64,000 bases of DNA from Camelus dromedarius (Eukaryota): positions 50,594,001 to 50,658,000 of the forward strand of contig NC_087437.1 of the NCBI RefSeq assembly GCF_036321535.1, given 5' to 3'. The position numbers and the translations under genes were made by a program. The notes beneath the pieces were generated by a model. The model was given only the letters and a program-made list of their open reading frames with translations, was not told where the DNA came from and ran no database searches. Of the stretch, positions 23,756 through 37,688 are shown in pieces; positions within the stretch are counted from its first letter, which is position 1, and each line of letters starts with the position of its first letter.

Positions 23756-26273
23756 CATAGAAAGTAGCAACATTTGCAAAGTTGACTGACTGAATTGTTA
23801 AGCCCATTTCTCTTGTGGAAGAATCTAGACAACTTTCCTGTCTAAATACATTTCACATAGTTCACCTGTTCGGGTAGAAGGCATATTGCCAGGATCCACA
23901 GGCCAAGTCTGGCCTATAGTTGTGTTTTGTTTGGCCAAATTTTTTAAAAATGTGTTGTCAACACTCAATAATCATGTGCTTTTATAAAAAGATCTGGATT
24001 TCTGACTTCTCTTGAATAGTCAGTGTTGACAAACATTGGTCTCTCATCACCACCTGACAGAGGTGAGATGTAAAATACTTAACTGCCCTGCAGAGGAGGA
24101 GGGCACTCCTCACCTCTCCCTCTGAGGCTTGCCATCGCATGCTTATGCTCACATTTTTCTTATACAGATTTAATGGAAGAATGAAGTCTTCATCAAAAGT
24201 GGGAAAATAAAAAATAAGGACTGCCCATTACCAGGAAAAAGACATTTTTAATTTTTCACCACTTGACTCATTAAGTTCTATGCTTAGTCCCTGTAATCTT
24301 TGGATTTGTGGCCACTGTTTTGGCTTAAACAATTTCTCTTTTAAAATGTGGAAATCCCCCAGAAGGGTTAAGGGTGGTGGGAATTTTTACTTTCTATGAG
24401 CCCCTCTGCTTTCTCCTGTGACAAAGCCAAGGTCAGCTGCCTTGGGAAGTGGTGTTGGGAGTGGAATGAATATGGTGAATGTGGTTGGCGAGACTCGGCA
24501 AAGCTGCTGTTGCAACACCTGGAGCCATGAACTGAGAGGCTCACCTTATTCCTTCCTGAAGGAGGATGGGAAGAGGGGGCCCTACTGGTCCTTCTAGCGC
24601 TACTGGGCACTCATTTCCTGTCCAGCCTCTGGAGGCATAGAGGATTTCCAGAAAGGCAGGGATTCAACACTTGAGTGGAGCTTGATCAAATAGAGTTGAG
24701 CCTGAAGGCATCGTTCCAAGAAACAGATGAAAAGAGCAAAAAGAGACAGGGAAAGGTGCCAAAGCAACTCCTGCTCACAGCTCTGTCCATGGCCTGGCAG
24801 CATGGCCACTGTGTGCCACAGATGAACACTGGAGTTTTCGGAAGCCTTCCCTTAGGCAGTTTTTCACAGATGCAATGGTCTGGTAGGATTAAGCCCTAAA
24901 TTAGAGCATAAATGCTTATGCCTATCCGCTGGCATTTTGCTGAAGTGACTTTTTAAAGATTCCTGACATCTTTCTAGATTAACTTCAGTTGTCCAGGAAC
25001 AGAGCACTTATTATGCCCTGAATATTCTTCTGGTGAAGGATTATGTGTTTTTCCATTTGGTACTGAAAGGAAAATATCAACTTTTCAAATGCATCACTAC
25101 CTTAAGGAGAAAAGCATGCATGAGGAGGACAAAGCCTGTGAGGCCAAGTTAATAACTCCTCTTTATTGACCATTGCATGTACCACACACTGTGCTAGATG
25201 GTTTACGTATAGCATTTCTAATTCTCCTAAGAGTCTTACTAAATAGCTGCCATTATTTCCATTTTATAGAGAAGGAAACAAACCCCAACTAGTCCAAGAT
25301 CATGCAGCTCCTAAGTATTATGGCTGAGAGTCAGTCTTGATTTCTCTAATCCCAAAGTCTATGCTCACTGCTCTCCAAGATCTGCAAACCAAGACCCTCT
25401 AACTTCAGGGGTCATGTCAGACAGGCAAGAAGGAGGCCCCCATCAAGTTCCAGCTGCAAGGGTCCTCTTGACCTATTTGAAGGACACTCTGGGGCATGCA
25501 GGGGCAAGTCTCTCCTTTGACAGGGGGAGATGACCATCACTGTGTTCCCAGGACATTTGCCCATTTCAGTCATTGTGAACAGCTACTGGCTATTGAACAT
25601 CCAGTTTCCATGTACTGGACAAAACTCTGTACAGGAAGGATCTTTAATTACTTTACCCCACTTTTCAAATGATTAAAAAAAATACTCAAACAGGTAAAAC
25701 TGTCTGCCTGGTGCCACAAGGAGAGCAAGTGACAGAGTCAAATTTATAGCAAAGACTCTGGCCCCACAACCATGCTCTTCCACTCTACTCCGTTGCCTCC
25801 CCCTCCCAAGATCTGGTCTGGAAAACCCTGTGCCTGGTTTGTCCCTGAATTTTGCCTGCTGTGGTTGGAAAGAACCCATTGTGACATTTAATTTTGGTCT
25901 TAGTGTAATCACATTTCTTCATGCCCACTGGGAATTTCTATGGGTCTGTTCATCTGTACAACTTCCTCCTCTGGGTGGCTTGCAAGGGGCACTGCGGCCA
26001 GGTTCCCCAAGGCCAAGCCTCCCCCAAGAGGCATCAAAGCCCTTCTTAGGTTGCACTGAGGGGGCTGAAGAGGGAGGAAAGCAAACAGAAGATGTTGACA
26101 CTTGCCTTCTCCATCTCCACGACCCTCGTTCTTATCAGAGAAGATCTCAAAAGTCTCTGAGGTCTATTTCCCCTGCACTTAAAGTGAAGTGGAGGGTTGC
26201 ACCACTGAGCCCCAGGGTGAGGGTTAGGGGAAGCGGCGTTAGAGCCAGGTAGAGTGAAGGAGCTCAGCCTCAC

Positions 26274-26402
26274 CTTGGTAAATGTGAAATTCACAAATCC
26301 ACCCCGGAAGTTCAAGAGAAGGTTGGATTTTCGGGAGCCACAGTTCCCAGAGGCTTGAGTTGCATTGGGGTCGATGCTGAAGTATCTTAGGGGTGAAAGA
26401 AC
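26274..26402 (-). CDS. LAMP3: LAMP3 exon 3 (VLSPLRYFSIDPNATQASGNCGSRKSNLLLNFRGGFVNFTFTK)
   Basis: Acceptor TTTAG|GTT; donor AAG|GTGAGG; 129 nt, phase 0-0; LAMP-domain sequence. Confidence 0.97.
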
Positions 26403-27268
26403 CTAAACCAAATAAAGGAGGTTGTTTCAGTGAACCGTGGAAGAAAACTCCAGCTGGGAGAGACTAGAAGCACAGGCCAGTAAGCGGGCCTGAAATTCAA
26501 GGCTAGTGAGTGTTCACTGGAGAATTTCAAAGTCCCCAAAGACACCTCTTATTTCCAAACTCTTTTGTTTAAAAGATTTTTTGAAGGAGTTCTTTGATAG
26601 ATAATTCATGGCAAGTATACTCTTGATAAACCACGTGGAATTTAATTTTTGTTAAATCAAACATGTTGAAGGGTACTACAGGATAGGTTTTACTACCCAG
26701 TTTGCTACCCTTCTGTTTCAAATTAAAAACCTGCATGTGGAAGGTTTCTTCGAAGTCATAAAAACTGTGCCAAAAAGGGACATGTTATCTTTATAGTGAT
26801 TATTTTAGCAAATTGAATACCCTTAGCCCCCACCCTATTCCCTCCAATCTTCTTGTCAAGTTGGATTTTTCATATTATTGTCATATTAATGTCACAGCTG
26901 GCTGGAACCATGGAGACAATCTAATCCAAATCTCTCGTTTCACAGGAAAGTTGCTGAGGCTTGGAAGTCATCCAGAGGGGCAGAGTCAGGCTGGGGTCAA
27001 CGCTGGACACACACTCTGCCCATACTGGCTGAAACTGAGGGGTGTGCGTATTTAAAATTTTGATGCGTGCTTTCTTTGATCCACACAATCACTATCGGTT
27101 GCTACTTTTATATGTGTTCTAAAACAGATTCACCTTTTAATGGAGCACCTTGGAGAAAGAGGAGCTCGCAGTTTTATTTCAAGATACAGGATACAGGGGA
27201 GTGTTCATTCCTAGCCAGGCACTCCCACTCAAACTTTTTGAAGATAGCGTCCTATGGCCTTGACTTAC

Positions 27269-28017
27269 CGTCCCTGAATCTTGAACTGTCAGCTCTATCC
27301 CCATCTCTGCTTTGATACAGAGCCTGCTTCCATTTAGAACGAGATAAATTCCAGTCTTGGCTGATGACGGCTGAGGTGCAAGGGTGGGCCCTGGAGCTGT
27401 GGGAGCAGGTGAGGCTGTTTGGGTGGTATTATGTGCGGTTGTGGTTGGACCTGGGGTGCTGGTGGGTAGAGTAGGCTTCTGACTAATTGTGCTGCTGTGT
27501 GGTAAGGCAGACAGCGTTGCTGGAAGGATGGTCTGGCTCCTGGGTTGGGTGGTTTTCCCAGTGGTGTGGCTGACAGTCGAGGGCCTGTTTCCAGTTGTGT
27601 GGGCTGGTGGGGTGATGGTAGGTGGTGATGAACTGGGACCCATGCTGGGACCGACTGTAGCCTCAGTGACTGAAGTTGTGTGTGACTTGTTGGGTACGGC
27701 CAGGGTTGTGACCAGGGTGTGGGTTATTGGGCTGGTAGATGAGGTGCTGTTTGTAGTTACCAGGGAAGTTGTTGCTGGAATTTTTATGGTTGTGTGGGTG
27801 GTCAGGGTCTCAGAGTTGGAGGTTGTGAAAGCTATTTGAGAGGTGACATGACCATCCGTTGATCTTGTTGCCAAAGTTTTGTGAGGCACATGGTTAGTGG
27901 GCCGCAGGAGAGAAGGTTTTGCTGGGGCCTGTACTGTTGCTGCTGTTGTGGATGGAGAAGAGCCTGAGATTTCTGGAAACAGCTTGGCTCTCGTGTGACC
28001 ACCATAATGCAGGATCA
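27269..28017 (-). CDS. LAMP3: LAMP3 exon 2 (Ser/Thr/Pro-rich mucin-like domain and start of LAMP domain, ...GIYLVLNGSRLCIKAEMGIELTVQDSGT)
   Basis: Acceptor TTTGCAG|TG at 28017; donor ACG|GTAAGT at 27269; 749 nt open frame (ORF 27179..28018); LNGSRLCIKAEMGI motif characteristic of LAMP3. Confidence 0.97.
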
Positions 28018-31000
28018 CTGCAAATTAGGAAACAAAAATATTAACACAACAACTAATAGCTCACATTAGTGAGTCCCGCCCCTACTCCACACTTATGTTT
28101 CCTCATTAAAAATTAATACGCATTTTTTAGATCTGGGGGACATTTACAAGGATCCAACAGTTATGTGAAGATCACTCAAAATTCTACCACGAGCCACAAT
28201 TTTAACGATTTGGTTGCACCCATGTTTTTACAGTGTTGTGATCACACTGTAGATATTCTGCCCCTTTGTCTGTATGGGCTGTGGTCCTAGCACCCCAAAG
28301 CAATCATGCTCAGCTAGTTATCTAAGTGCCAATGCCTCTTCATTTTCCATCTTCAAGTGTGAATCCAGATAGTTCCCAGGTGGAGAGCATTCCCGTATAG
28401 GGCGCTGCTGTGATGACCTGACAGAGCAAGGGCAGCAGGAATACCAGTGATACAGATTTACACTGAGTTGTACAGTTTTCAGAGAATCATATAATTCCAG
28501 GTTCGAATGGGGCCTTAAAGATTATCTAGTACAAACCGTCATCTCATGTGTGAATTGTACCTTTGGATATTTGCCACATATACATCCAAACTATGCTCAA
28601 TTACCTCCAATGACAAGAGATTCAGTTCCTTTCCATTTTTTATTTTGCCATCAGTTTTCTAAATATAAACCAGTTCGTGTTATTCCCTGACTTAACCTTT
28701 TGAGTGGCCCAGCTTTTTTCAACTGAGAAGGTAAATTAGTCCATAAGTGCTTGTTCTGCTACATCTGCTGTGCTGTCCTTCATGGTCTCGCTTAAATATC
28801 AGCTCCTCAAAGAGTCTTCCCCATATAAAAGAGCTCCCCACCCCCGCAGATCCCCATCACATCATTATACTCATTGCTTTCACTGCACTAATCACAACTC
28901 GTAAGTGTTTAAGGGGATGATATTCAAATATTTAACATCATGCGTGGCCAGACAGTGTGTATGAGCAGAACAGTGGCCCCGGTTATGTTTATTTATTGGT
29001 TGCTTAATTGATTGTGCATCTCTCCAACTAGATTAAAAGCAACTTGAAGGTGGGACTGTGTGTGTTTTTTCACCACCAGAGTCTGTGCATAGAAAGCGTT
29101 CAGGGGACGTGGAACGATTGCCTAAATAACTGACTGGGTAAATGAGGGCTATAGCACTATAGACCTCTTGGGATTATTGCAAGGCTCTAGCAAGCTGGTT
29201 TAAGTGAAAGCCTTCCTGGATCAGTAAGCATATGAAGAGCGTGAGTTATTGTCACAGGTTCTCTTCTGGGCCGTCCCTTCAGGGAGGAAGGCCTCTGGTT
29301 CTTTTTCAACCAGAATAGTTCTGTTCTTGCCTCTTTCCAGGCACATAGCAAGCCAGAAAGTGGACAAGTTCTGATGATGTTCCTTGAGAGTTCATGATCA
29401 GGCACTCTGAGACATGGCTCTGTCCCTACAATGCCATGGTTTCACTGCGTTTACCCATTGTATTTTCACTCATTGGAGCAACAGCTCCCCAGTGCTAGGC
29501 AGTGACTTGGGAAAACACAGGGAAAAGTGAAAGAATGTCACTCTATGCTGGTGTTTATAGAGTCCTGAAATTCATAGCAAATCAAAATCATCCCTAAAAT
29601 CCTTTACTATCTCTTTCTTTCATTCAATATATTTCTAAGTGGTTACTTTTCCCATAATAATAACAATAAAAATCCCAAGTTACTGAACACTTACTACATC
29701 GTAGGCCTCAGGCCAAGGGCCATCTTTCACCAACTCTTCTCAAAAACCCTCTGATGGGTACTATCTTTATCTGCCTTTCAGATGATGAAACTCAGGTTTA
29801 GAAAATTCTATTAACTTGACCATAATCACACAACCTGTCAGTTTTGGAGCTGAGGCTTAAACCCATGTCTGAGCCAAAGCCTGCCCTTGGATTGGAGTTG
29901 GGTGGAGGTGGTGTGTGTCACTGGGAAGAATGGGGAGAAAAGAGACACAAGCAGAGGGGAGACCGGTAGGTTGTCTCTGCAGTGACCCTGATTCACCAAA
30001 GCTTCATAATGGTGATCCTTAGTGAGGCTTTCAAAGACCCACATGCTAAAATAGTAATTATTTTCCAGAAGAAAAGTTCTAACTTTAAACCCAGTAGTAA
30101 CACTTACGAATTATTTCTGATAGTTGGTTTGCAAAATGGGAAAGACAAAAGTATCCGTTCAAATTGCCTTACTATTAAGTAGACTTACTATTAATGACAT
30201 TTAGTTTCTGAATACTATTGTTATAGGGTTTTTTGTATCTAAAATGTTTACTTGGACAATTAAAAAGTATGATATTTGAGGGTTGTAAATTTTTTGGGCT
30301 GTAGGTTTACTTTGCAAATCTTTGTAAAATCACTATATGTGGAAACTTTATGCCTACATTGTAGAGCTTGGAGCAAGATTTTTCCTTTCAAGATTGTTAT
30401 GAAGGTTGACAGTCACTGAAGATTTATTTTCACAATTCATTTAGGCTGACCCTGATTTGTGGTTTTCTGGGTCAAGAACCCAATGGGAACCCCATTAGGT
30501 CCATTGTATTAATACTAATATGGAGAAATAGAATTCACTCTAAGATGTGGTGTCCAGGAATATCTTGTAGTAAAAAGCAAAGACTGCTGCAGAGAACTCT
30601 GGGAGACTGGGAACCACCTGTATTTTGCTCTCCCAGTAAGATTAGATCCTTGATAAAATCCCACTGTATACAGCTTATGCTTATGAGCTAAAGCAGATCT
30701 TCTCAGCTGAGTAGAATTCCCTCAACTGAGTAGCATACTCTTTCAAAGGGGAACCTTCTTCATAATGCAGTTAGAACTCCTCTCTCAGTAGTGATGAATG
30801 AACTCAGATAAGGGGGTAAAAGCATACTGGCCATTCATGGATGCACAGCATCCCAAACAGGACAAGAAGACTCATGGCACCCTGTCAAGCTGTGCTTGGT
30901 GGATAGGAAATATCGTGCCTAGAGATGATGGCGGTCACAGTGTCTCCATATGGTGTGTGACTTTGTGGTGAACAAAAACCTAGTTGGTAGGTGGCAGGAC

Positions 31001-33496
31001 TAAAAGTGACCAAAAGTGACAGAGCATTACAGATTAAACTGGGAAATACTGTTCTAATATTCTTCTCCTCCCCCTCTCTGCCTCCGACCCTCCTCTCCCC
31101 GTTTCCCGCTAAGAGTGTGGGCTATAAAAGATGGGCAGGTGATTAGATAGAACTTAGACAGGGGTACCTATGCTGTGCATTGGAATATGTCCCAGGAAGT
31201 TCATATGTTTGTTAGGTACTCAGTGGAAATAATACTCTGAAAAATACTGTTGTATAAAATTTATGAGTATGACCACACATATATGACCAATCCTTGTTAA
31301 AATTGGGTCATAGCTTTAAAACAGGATCTTTAGGCCCCCAAGAGGTTTAGGCAAGTTCACTGGTCTGTCTGAGACTCACAAAGAGGGCAGTGGGCAGAAG
31401 CCAGGGCAGGCCATAGCTCAGAATCTCTCGACCCTCCGTCTACATAAAAGAACTCAGTCTGGAATCCACATGCTGATTTGTAAATTTCCCACCCCCTAAC
31501 CCCCAGCAGCTCCTCTCCAGGATGCAAGAGACTCAGCAAATGAGGATCTCAGAGCCTTAATCCCTTCCTTGGACTCCTCTAGATGGTGAGCTGCAGGAAG
31601 GGGCATGAGAAGGTTTCGGTTCCCTTACAACCCACAGGAGTAGCTGAGAGATGACTTGTTGGGCCAGGCCCTGGGAAAGCCTGTGACCACACAAGGGCTT
31701 CTTCTCTAGGTATTTCCCAGACAGTCAGGCCTTCGCATAGAGCCTTAATTTGGTTTCCCTGCCATACCCAATTCAACAGATATGTAGGAGCCTCCTCTGA
31801 GCCAAGCAACAGGCCAGGCACTGGGAGTAGATCTTCGTTCTCAGGGGCACAAAGCCTTGTGAGGCAGACACAGAAATGGACTATACTCCTCAGTGTGACA
31901 GGTGTTACTACTGAAGCAGGCCCCAAGTGCTGTGGGGTGGAGCGGGGAATCCAGCACAAGGAGAAATTCTTAAGGCAGACAAGAAAGTAAATGGCATCCC
32001 ACAGGCAGGAGGAAGAGTACGTGCAAAGGCACAGGGGCTTCAGAGCCAGATATGTCTGGAGAACAGCAAGGAACTCAGCATGATGGGAACATGGTTGGGG
32101 GCAGCATGGGGAAAAGGGGGTCAGGTTGGGGGCCAGCAGGGAGCAGGCCTGGCAGGTCTTGGAGGCTACACTTTGCAGAACTCTAAGGACCACAGCTGGA
32201 GAGTAAACCCTGGGGCCATATCCAGGGGCAGGGAATTGAGTTTAGTCCCTGAGCACTTTCTCTGGCATCTCCTGGGCAGCATGAGCAGCCCCAGCTGGGT
32301 GCAGCAGGAAGACTGCTTCTGGATGTGTGGGTCGGCAGGGGTGGGCCCTTAGCAAGATTCTGCTCAGTTTCACAGTTTAATCTTAGACCTTTTAGCAGAA
32401 AGATGTAAATCCCACCTTTGTTAAGTTTCCTGTGGGACTTGAAACTCAAAGGGAACCCTCAAACAGAAGGGGCTCTCGCCCTGTGGCAGAGTCTACTGGC
32501 TGACTACCCTCAAATCCAGTCTCCTCTTTTTCCTTAGTAACAGAACCATGAGTTTAAGCTGAGCACTTGCTGCCTGGAACAAAGCCCCCTACAACCAAGC
32601 CTCCTTTCCAGCTGGGTGGGAATGTGTGACCAAATTCAAGCCAAAGTAATAGAAGTGGTAGGGCTATGTGGGCCTTCTGGGAAGGCTGTTGGAAGGGAGC
32701 TCAGTCACCTCTGTGTCCTCCTCATTGCCTTCCTCTTTCCTCCTTTAGCCAGCCCACAACGTGTATGTGATGCTGGAGCTCCAGTAGACATCTAGAACCA
32801 TGAGGAGGCCTTACAGGTGGAAGTCTCACACAGGATGGTGGGTCCATGATAATGAGTCTGTAAACCAGATCTGGTCTGAATTCCTCTGGACTTGTTTTCA
32901 CATGAGAGAGAAGCAAACATTTGCCTTGTTTAATTCGCTATTTGGGGTTTGTCTCTTATGTGCTGCTGAACCTTAACTGACACAAACTTAAATCCCCTCA
33001 TTTTATGGAGGAGCAGTTGGATACCAGGGAAGCAAAGTGACTGGATAAAGACTGCACAGTTAGCTTATCTAAAAGCCATGTCTTTCCCAGCAAAATGTCT
33101 ATTGTTTTTGCTCATGTCAGTTCAACAAGTATCTCCTGAACTTATGTATGCAGAAGTGTAGTGCAGGAGTGCAGAGCATGGACCCCAAAGCCAGGCTTCC
33201 TGGTTGCCAATCTCAGGGCTGCTATTTGCTAGCTAAGTGCCCATGAGCAAATCCACAACCTGTCTCAGTCTCCTCACTTGAAAAATGGACACCTCCACAT
33301 GCTTCAGTCACTCAGTTCGCCTCCGAGAATGTGCAGGTCAGAGAGGAGGGGGCAGTGTAGGCATTTCCTCCCTACCTCCCTGTACATATACTGCACACTC
33401 ATTGCATTCCCAAATCCACCAGTCATCTGCCAGCCATTGAACTGGCACCCATGCACAGGACACTGAGGGTTACTGCTAAACCGAAATCTTTAACCC

Positions 33497-35025
33497 TCCT
33501 GGACTTCAGACAATATTACAGAGCTATGGTAATCAAAACAGCATGGTATTGGCATAAAAACAGACTTATGGATCAATGGAACAGAACAGACATAAATCCA
33601 CAGACTATGGTCAATTAATCTTTGACAAAGGAGGCAAGAATATACAATGGAGAAAAGACAGTCTCTTCAGCAAGTGGTGTTGGGAAAACTGGATAGCAAC
33701 ATATAAATCAATGAAGTTAGAACACTCCCTCACTCCACACACAAAAATAAACTCAAATGGCTTAAAGACTTAAATATCAGACAAGAAATGACAAATCTCC
33801 TAGAAGAAAACAGGCAAAACATTCTCTGACATAAATCTTAGCAATGTTTTCCTAGGGCAGTCTACCCAGACAATGGAAGTAAGAGTAAAAATAAACAAAT
33901 AGCACCTAATTAAACTTGTAAGCTTTTGCACAGCAACAGAAACCATAAGCAAAACAAAACGACAACCTAAGGAATGGGAGAAAATATTTGCAAATGATGC
34001 AACTGACAAAGGCTTAATTTCCAAAATACATAAACAGCTCATGCAACTTAATAACAAAAAAATAAACCACCCAATCCAAAAATGGGCAGAGGACCTAAAC
34101 AAGCAATTCTCCAATGAAGACATATGAATGGCCAATAGGCACATGAGAAAATGTTCAATATCACTAATTATCAAAGAAATGCAAATCAAAACTACAATGA
34201 GGTAGCACCTCACACCATTCAGAATGGCCATCATTCAAAAGCCCATGAACTATAAATGCTGGAGAGGGTGTGGAGAAAACGGAATCCTCCTACACTATTG
34301 GTAGGAATGTAGTTTGGTGCAGCCATTATGGAAAACAGTAAGGAGATTCTTCAAAAAACTAAAAACAGACTTACCATATGATCCAGCAATCCCACTCTTG
34401 GGCATATATTTAGAGGGAACTCTAATTCAAAAAGATACACACACCCCAATGTTCATAGCAGCACTGTTTACAATAGCCAAGACATGGAAGCAACCTAAAT
34501 GTCCATTGACAGATGACTAGATAAAGAAGTTGTGGTATGTTTATACAATGGAATACTACCCAGCCATAAAAAGAATAAAATAATGCCATTTGCAGTAATA
34601 TGGATGAACCTAGAGATTATCATTCTAAATGAAGTAAGCCAGAAAGAGAAAGAAAAATATCATATAATGTCACTCATATATGGAATCTAGAAAAAAAGGA
34701 CACTATGAACTCATCTACAAAACAGAAACATACTCACAGACATAGTAAACAATCTTATGGTTACTGGGGAAAGGGAGTGGGAAGGGATAAATTTGGGAAT
34801 TTGAGATTTACAAATGTTAGTCACTATATAGAAAAACAGTTTTTGAAAAGTTTCTTCTGTATAGCACAGGGAACTATGTTCAATATCTTATAATAACCTT
34901 TAATGAAAAAAATGAAAATGAATATATGTATATGCATGACTGGGACATTGTGCTGTACACCAGAAATTGACACATTGTAATTGCCTGTACTTCAATAAAT
35001 AAATAAATACAAGAAAAAAATAAAT
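33497..35025 (+). mobile_element. 5'-truncated L1 (ORF2 C-terminus, 3'UTR and A-tail) in LAMP3 intron 1
   Basis: ORF2-like peptides [27 protein letters not shown] and [13 protein letters not shown], disrupted by stops and frameshifts. Confidence 0.92.
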
Positions 35026-35993
35026 TGAGATTTTTTGCTTTTTTACTAGCTTGTCCTGCTAAATATAATGAGGACTTTTCCATTTGCCTCCAAAAGAATG
35101 TGAAACTCTAATTCTGAAAGTGTGGTACAAGGAACAACAGGCTGGATTAGGACAGCTGGCCTTTGACCCTTCATCCAACTTTCATAACAATTCATGTTAT
35201 GCTCAAGTGCAGCTGTGTCCCCCATTTGAGTGTGTTAGTGGGGCCATGTGGACGTGGACAGAACTAGTTCTCTCAAATGTTCAATTCAGTGGTTCCAGAA
35301 GGAACTGTAAATCAACCAGCAAACTTGATAATAGCAAAAAGACAACTCAGTGTCCTAGGGAGAAAATGCTGTTGATGAAAGCAGTGGGTGGGTACATAAA
35401 ATAATCATTTTAAAAGCTCAGTTTCCCAGACAGTCTCTCTGATCTGAAGTACACTGGTAATTAAAAAAGAAATCCTTGATGCCCTGGCTTACATCTTTCT
35501 GAAATGGCAGTTTGTCAAACCACACCTCCCTCATCTTCACAGATCACTGTTTATAGAATATAAACATAGTGCTTCACTTGAGAAACACAGGAAAAGCAAG
35601 GCATGCCCTGCTTTCCGCAGACAGTGTGGCAAGAGCCCCATTTCTGAGCCCTGGCTCAGCCCTCCATCTCTTAACTTGAAGTGATTTCTACAAATTCTCA
35701 CTAATTGGTGCCTCGAACCCATTTGGGAACCAGAAATAATGTCACTGTCTACTGGGGTTGACACCTACTCTGCCTGACTCATGGAAAACAAGCCCAGACT
35801 CTGAAAACTTTGGGAAAAAACGAAGGTGTGCTCCGTGTGGAAGGTAATAAGGAGGAGACATTTTCCAGTCAAATACCCACAGTAGCTGAAGCCGCTACCA
35901 CCACCTGCAGTCTGTCCTGTCCCACCCAGTCAGTGGCACTAGAATGCACTTAGATTTAATAGTTCACCATGGAAAGTCATGTGTGTCACTCAC

Positions 35994-36042
35994 CGGCCAG
36001 GGACACGAAGAGCACCACCATTGCAGAGAGCTGCCAGGACAT
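35994..36042 (-). CDS. LAMP3: LAMP3 coding exon 1 (signal peptide MSWQLSAMVVLFVSLA-V)
   Basis: ATG at 36042-36040; 49 nt; ends G|GTGAGT (phase 1). The hydrophobic signal peptide resembles the human LAMP3 N-terminus as recalled (MPRQLSAAAALFASLAVILH) and joins exon 2 in frame. Confidence 0.93.
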
Positions 36043-36300
36043 GACTGGGGAGCCGGGGAGCACCGCTGCCTTGCCAAGGGGCTGCTACGCTCAGCTGCGT
36101 CCCCAAATGGTGTGAGGCTGGTTCCTGGGCAGGCTCCGGCAACTGAGCAGACACTTCCTCTGCCCCTCATTCACTTGTGACGGAGAAACCAGTCACTTAC
36201 GTTAGAAGAAGTAACTGAAAGGCCCTCCCAAGTGGTGCGCTCAGAGGGGAGGGAAACCACAAGTGGCCCTTGTGTGGAAGCAGGCACTTAATCTCTGTCT
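36043..36300 (-). promoter_or_regulatory. LAMP3 5'UTR and proximal promoter
   Basis: GC-rich segment immediately upstream of the ATG; clustered CAAGTG/TAAGTG hexamers; no clear TATA box. Confidence 0.6.
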
Positions 36301-37652
36301 TCAGTGTTTGTGAGGGCTGGATGTGAGAGGGCAGATGTCCCCGGGGGCCAATGTGAGGGGCATCTGTCATCATTTTCCACAAGATGTGGTGGATCTGTGG
36401 TAGCGCCAGCTTCCTTCTCTCATAAGTTGGGTCTCCATTTTTCTCTAAGATCTTGAGTACATTTCAGTAAACCCAGAGACTGCTCAGCCAGGAGAAAACC
36501 GGTCCCTCAGTCATGAGGCTGAGCAAGAGTCTTAAAACTCAGTGGCTAGAGCACCATCTGTCTGTGTGTGTATTCATAGGAAGTCAGAGGCGGCCTTGCT
36601 CTCTCATCATGGCAGCCTCACCTGGGGCCTCACCTGGTTGGGATGGGAGGAGTACAAGCTTGGGAGTTGGGTAGATTTGGGTTTGAATCTGGCTCTGCCA
36701 ACTCATCAGCTGTATGACCGGGTAACCTCTCAGAACCCCAGTTTCTTCTGCTGTAAAATAGGGATAATAATGCCTACTCCCAGGTGGTTTTCCTGGAACA
36801 CAAATAATATTCAGTATCTTCGAAAGGCAAACATTGCATGCCTTATCTCCTTCCTCTATTAATTAGACAAAACAATGATGGTCTATCTCTCAGGGCTGTG
36901 GGTCCCCGTGAGGAATACACACATAGGTAGTATATTAGGATACCCTCCTGATCACTGGGGTTGGAGTTTTCAGTTTAGTCTCAAATCATTTCCTGAAAAA
37001 CAACTTTGGCAACTATTTGGTCTTACTATGTTGCTCTAAACACTCTGATCAAGCAAGTTTACCAAAACAAGTGGTGTGTTTCCAAATTGGACTTTTATGG
37101 CGGCAGGTGAAGATTAACTGTGTCAGTCAACCTAATTTCAGCTACATCCTGTCTAGTATTCTGGCCTTTGAATCAATTTATTCAATAGACAATAATTAAG
37201 CAGATAGTATGGGCCAGGCACTCTTCTTATTCCGTTTAAGCCCCACAGCCACTCTATGTGGGCACTATTGTATTATTGTTGTCCCATTTCACAGATGGGG
37301 GAAACTGAGAACAGAGAGGTCAAGTGACTTGCCCCGAGTCACTTAGGTAATAAATGAAGAAACCAAGCTATGAATTCAGTCTTGCTTGAGTCTAGGATTT
37401 TAAGTATTGTGCTGTACTACTGCTAAAGAGGTGTTCTGAACTAGAATATAATATATGCCTTCAAGTTGCTTACTGCCTAGTTGAGAAACAACATTTATTG
37501 ATATACAGTAATAGCCAGAGAGTGAGTGATCAATTGTTTGCTGCTTAGAGCCACACTGGATGAGGAAAGAAATAGTCAGAGGTGACATTTTTCTGTGGTA
37601 GTTGAAACTTGGGGAGACTTTGAAGGTCATAGAGGATCTGGATAGTTGGAGA

Positions 37653-37688
37653 ATAGTAGTAGTAGTAGTAATAATAATAATAATAATA
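37653..37688. repeat. Compound (TAG)n(TAA)n microsatellite
   Basis: Direct reading; source of the poly-Tyr ORF 37545..37757. Confidence 0.9.

Noticed and set aside
27489..27839. 116-aa Val/Gly-rich ORF on the + strand
   Set aside because: Antisense shadow of the Thr/Pro-rich LAMP3 exon 2.
33576..34520. L1 ORF2-like ORFs as functional genes
   Set aside because: 5'-truncated element with stops and frameshifts.
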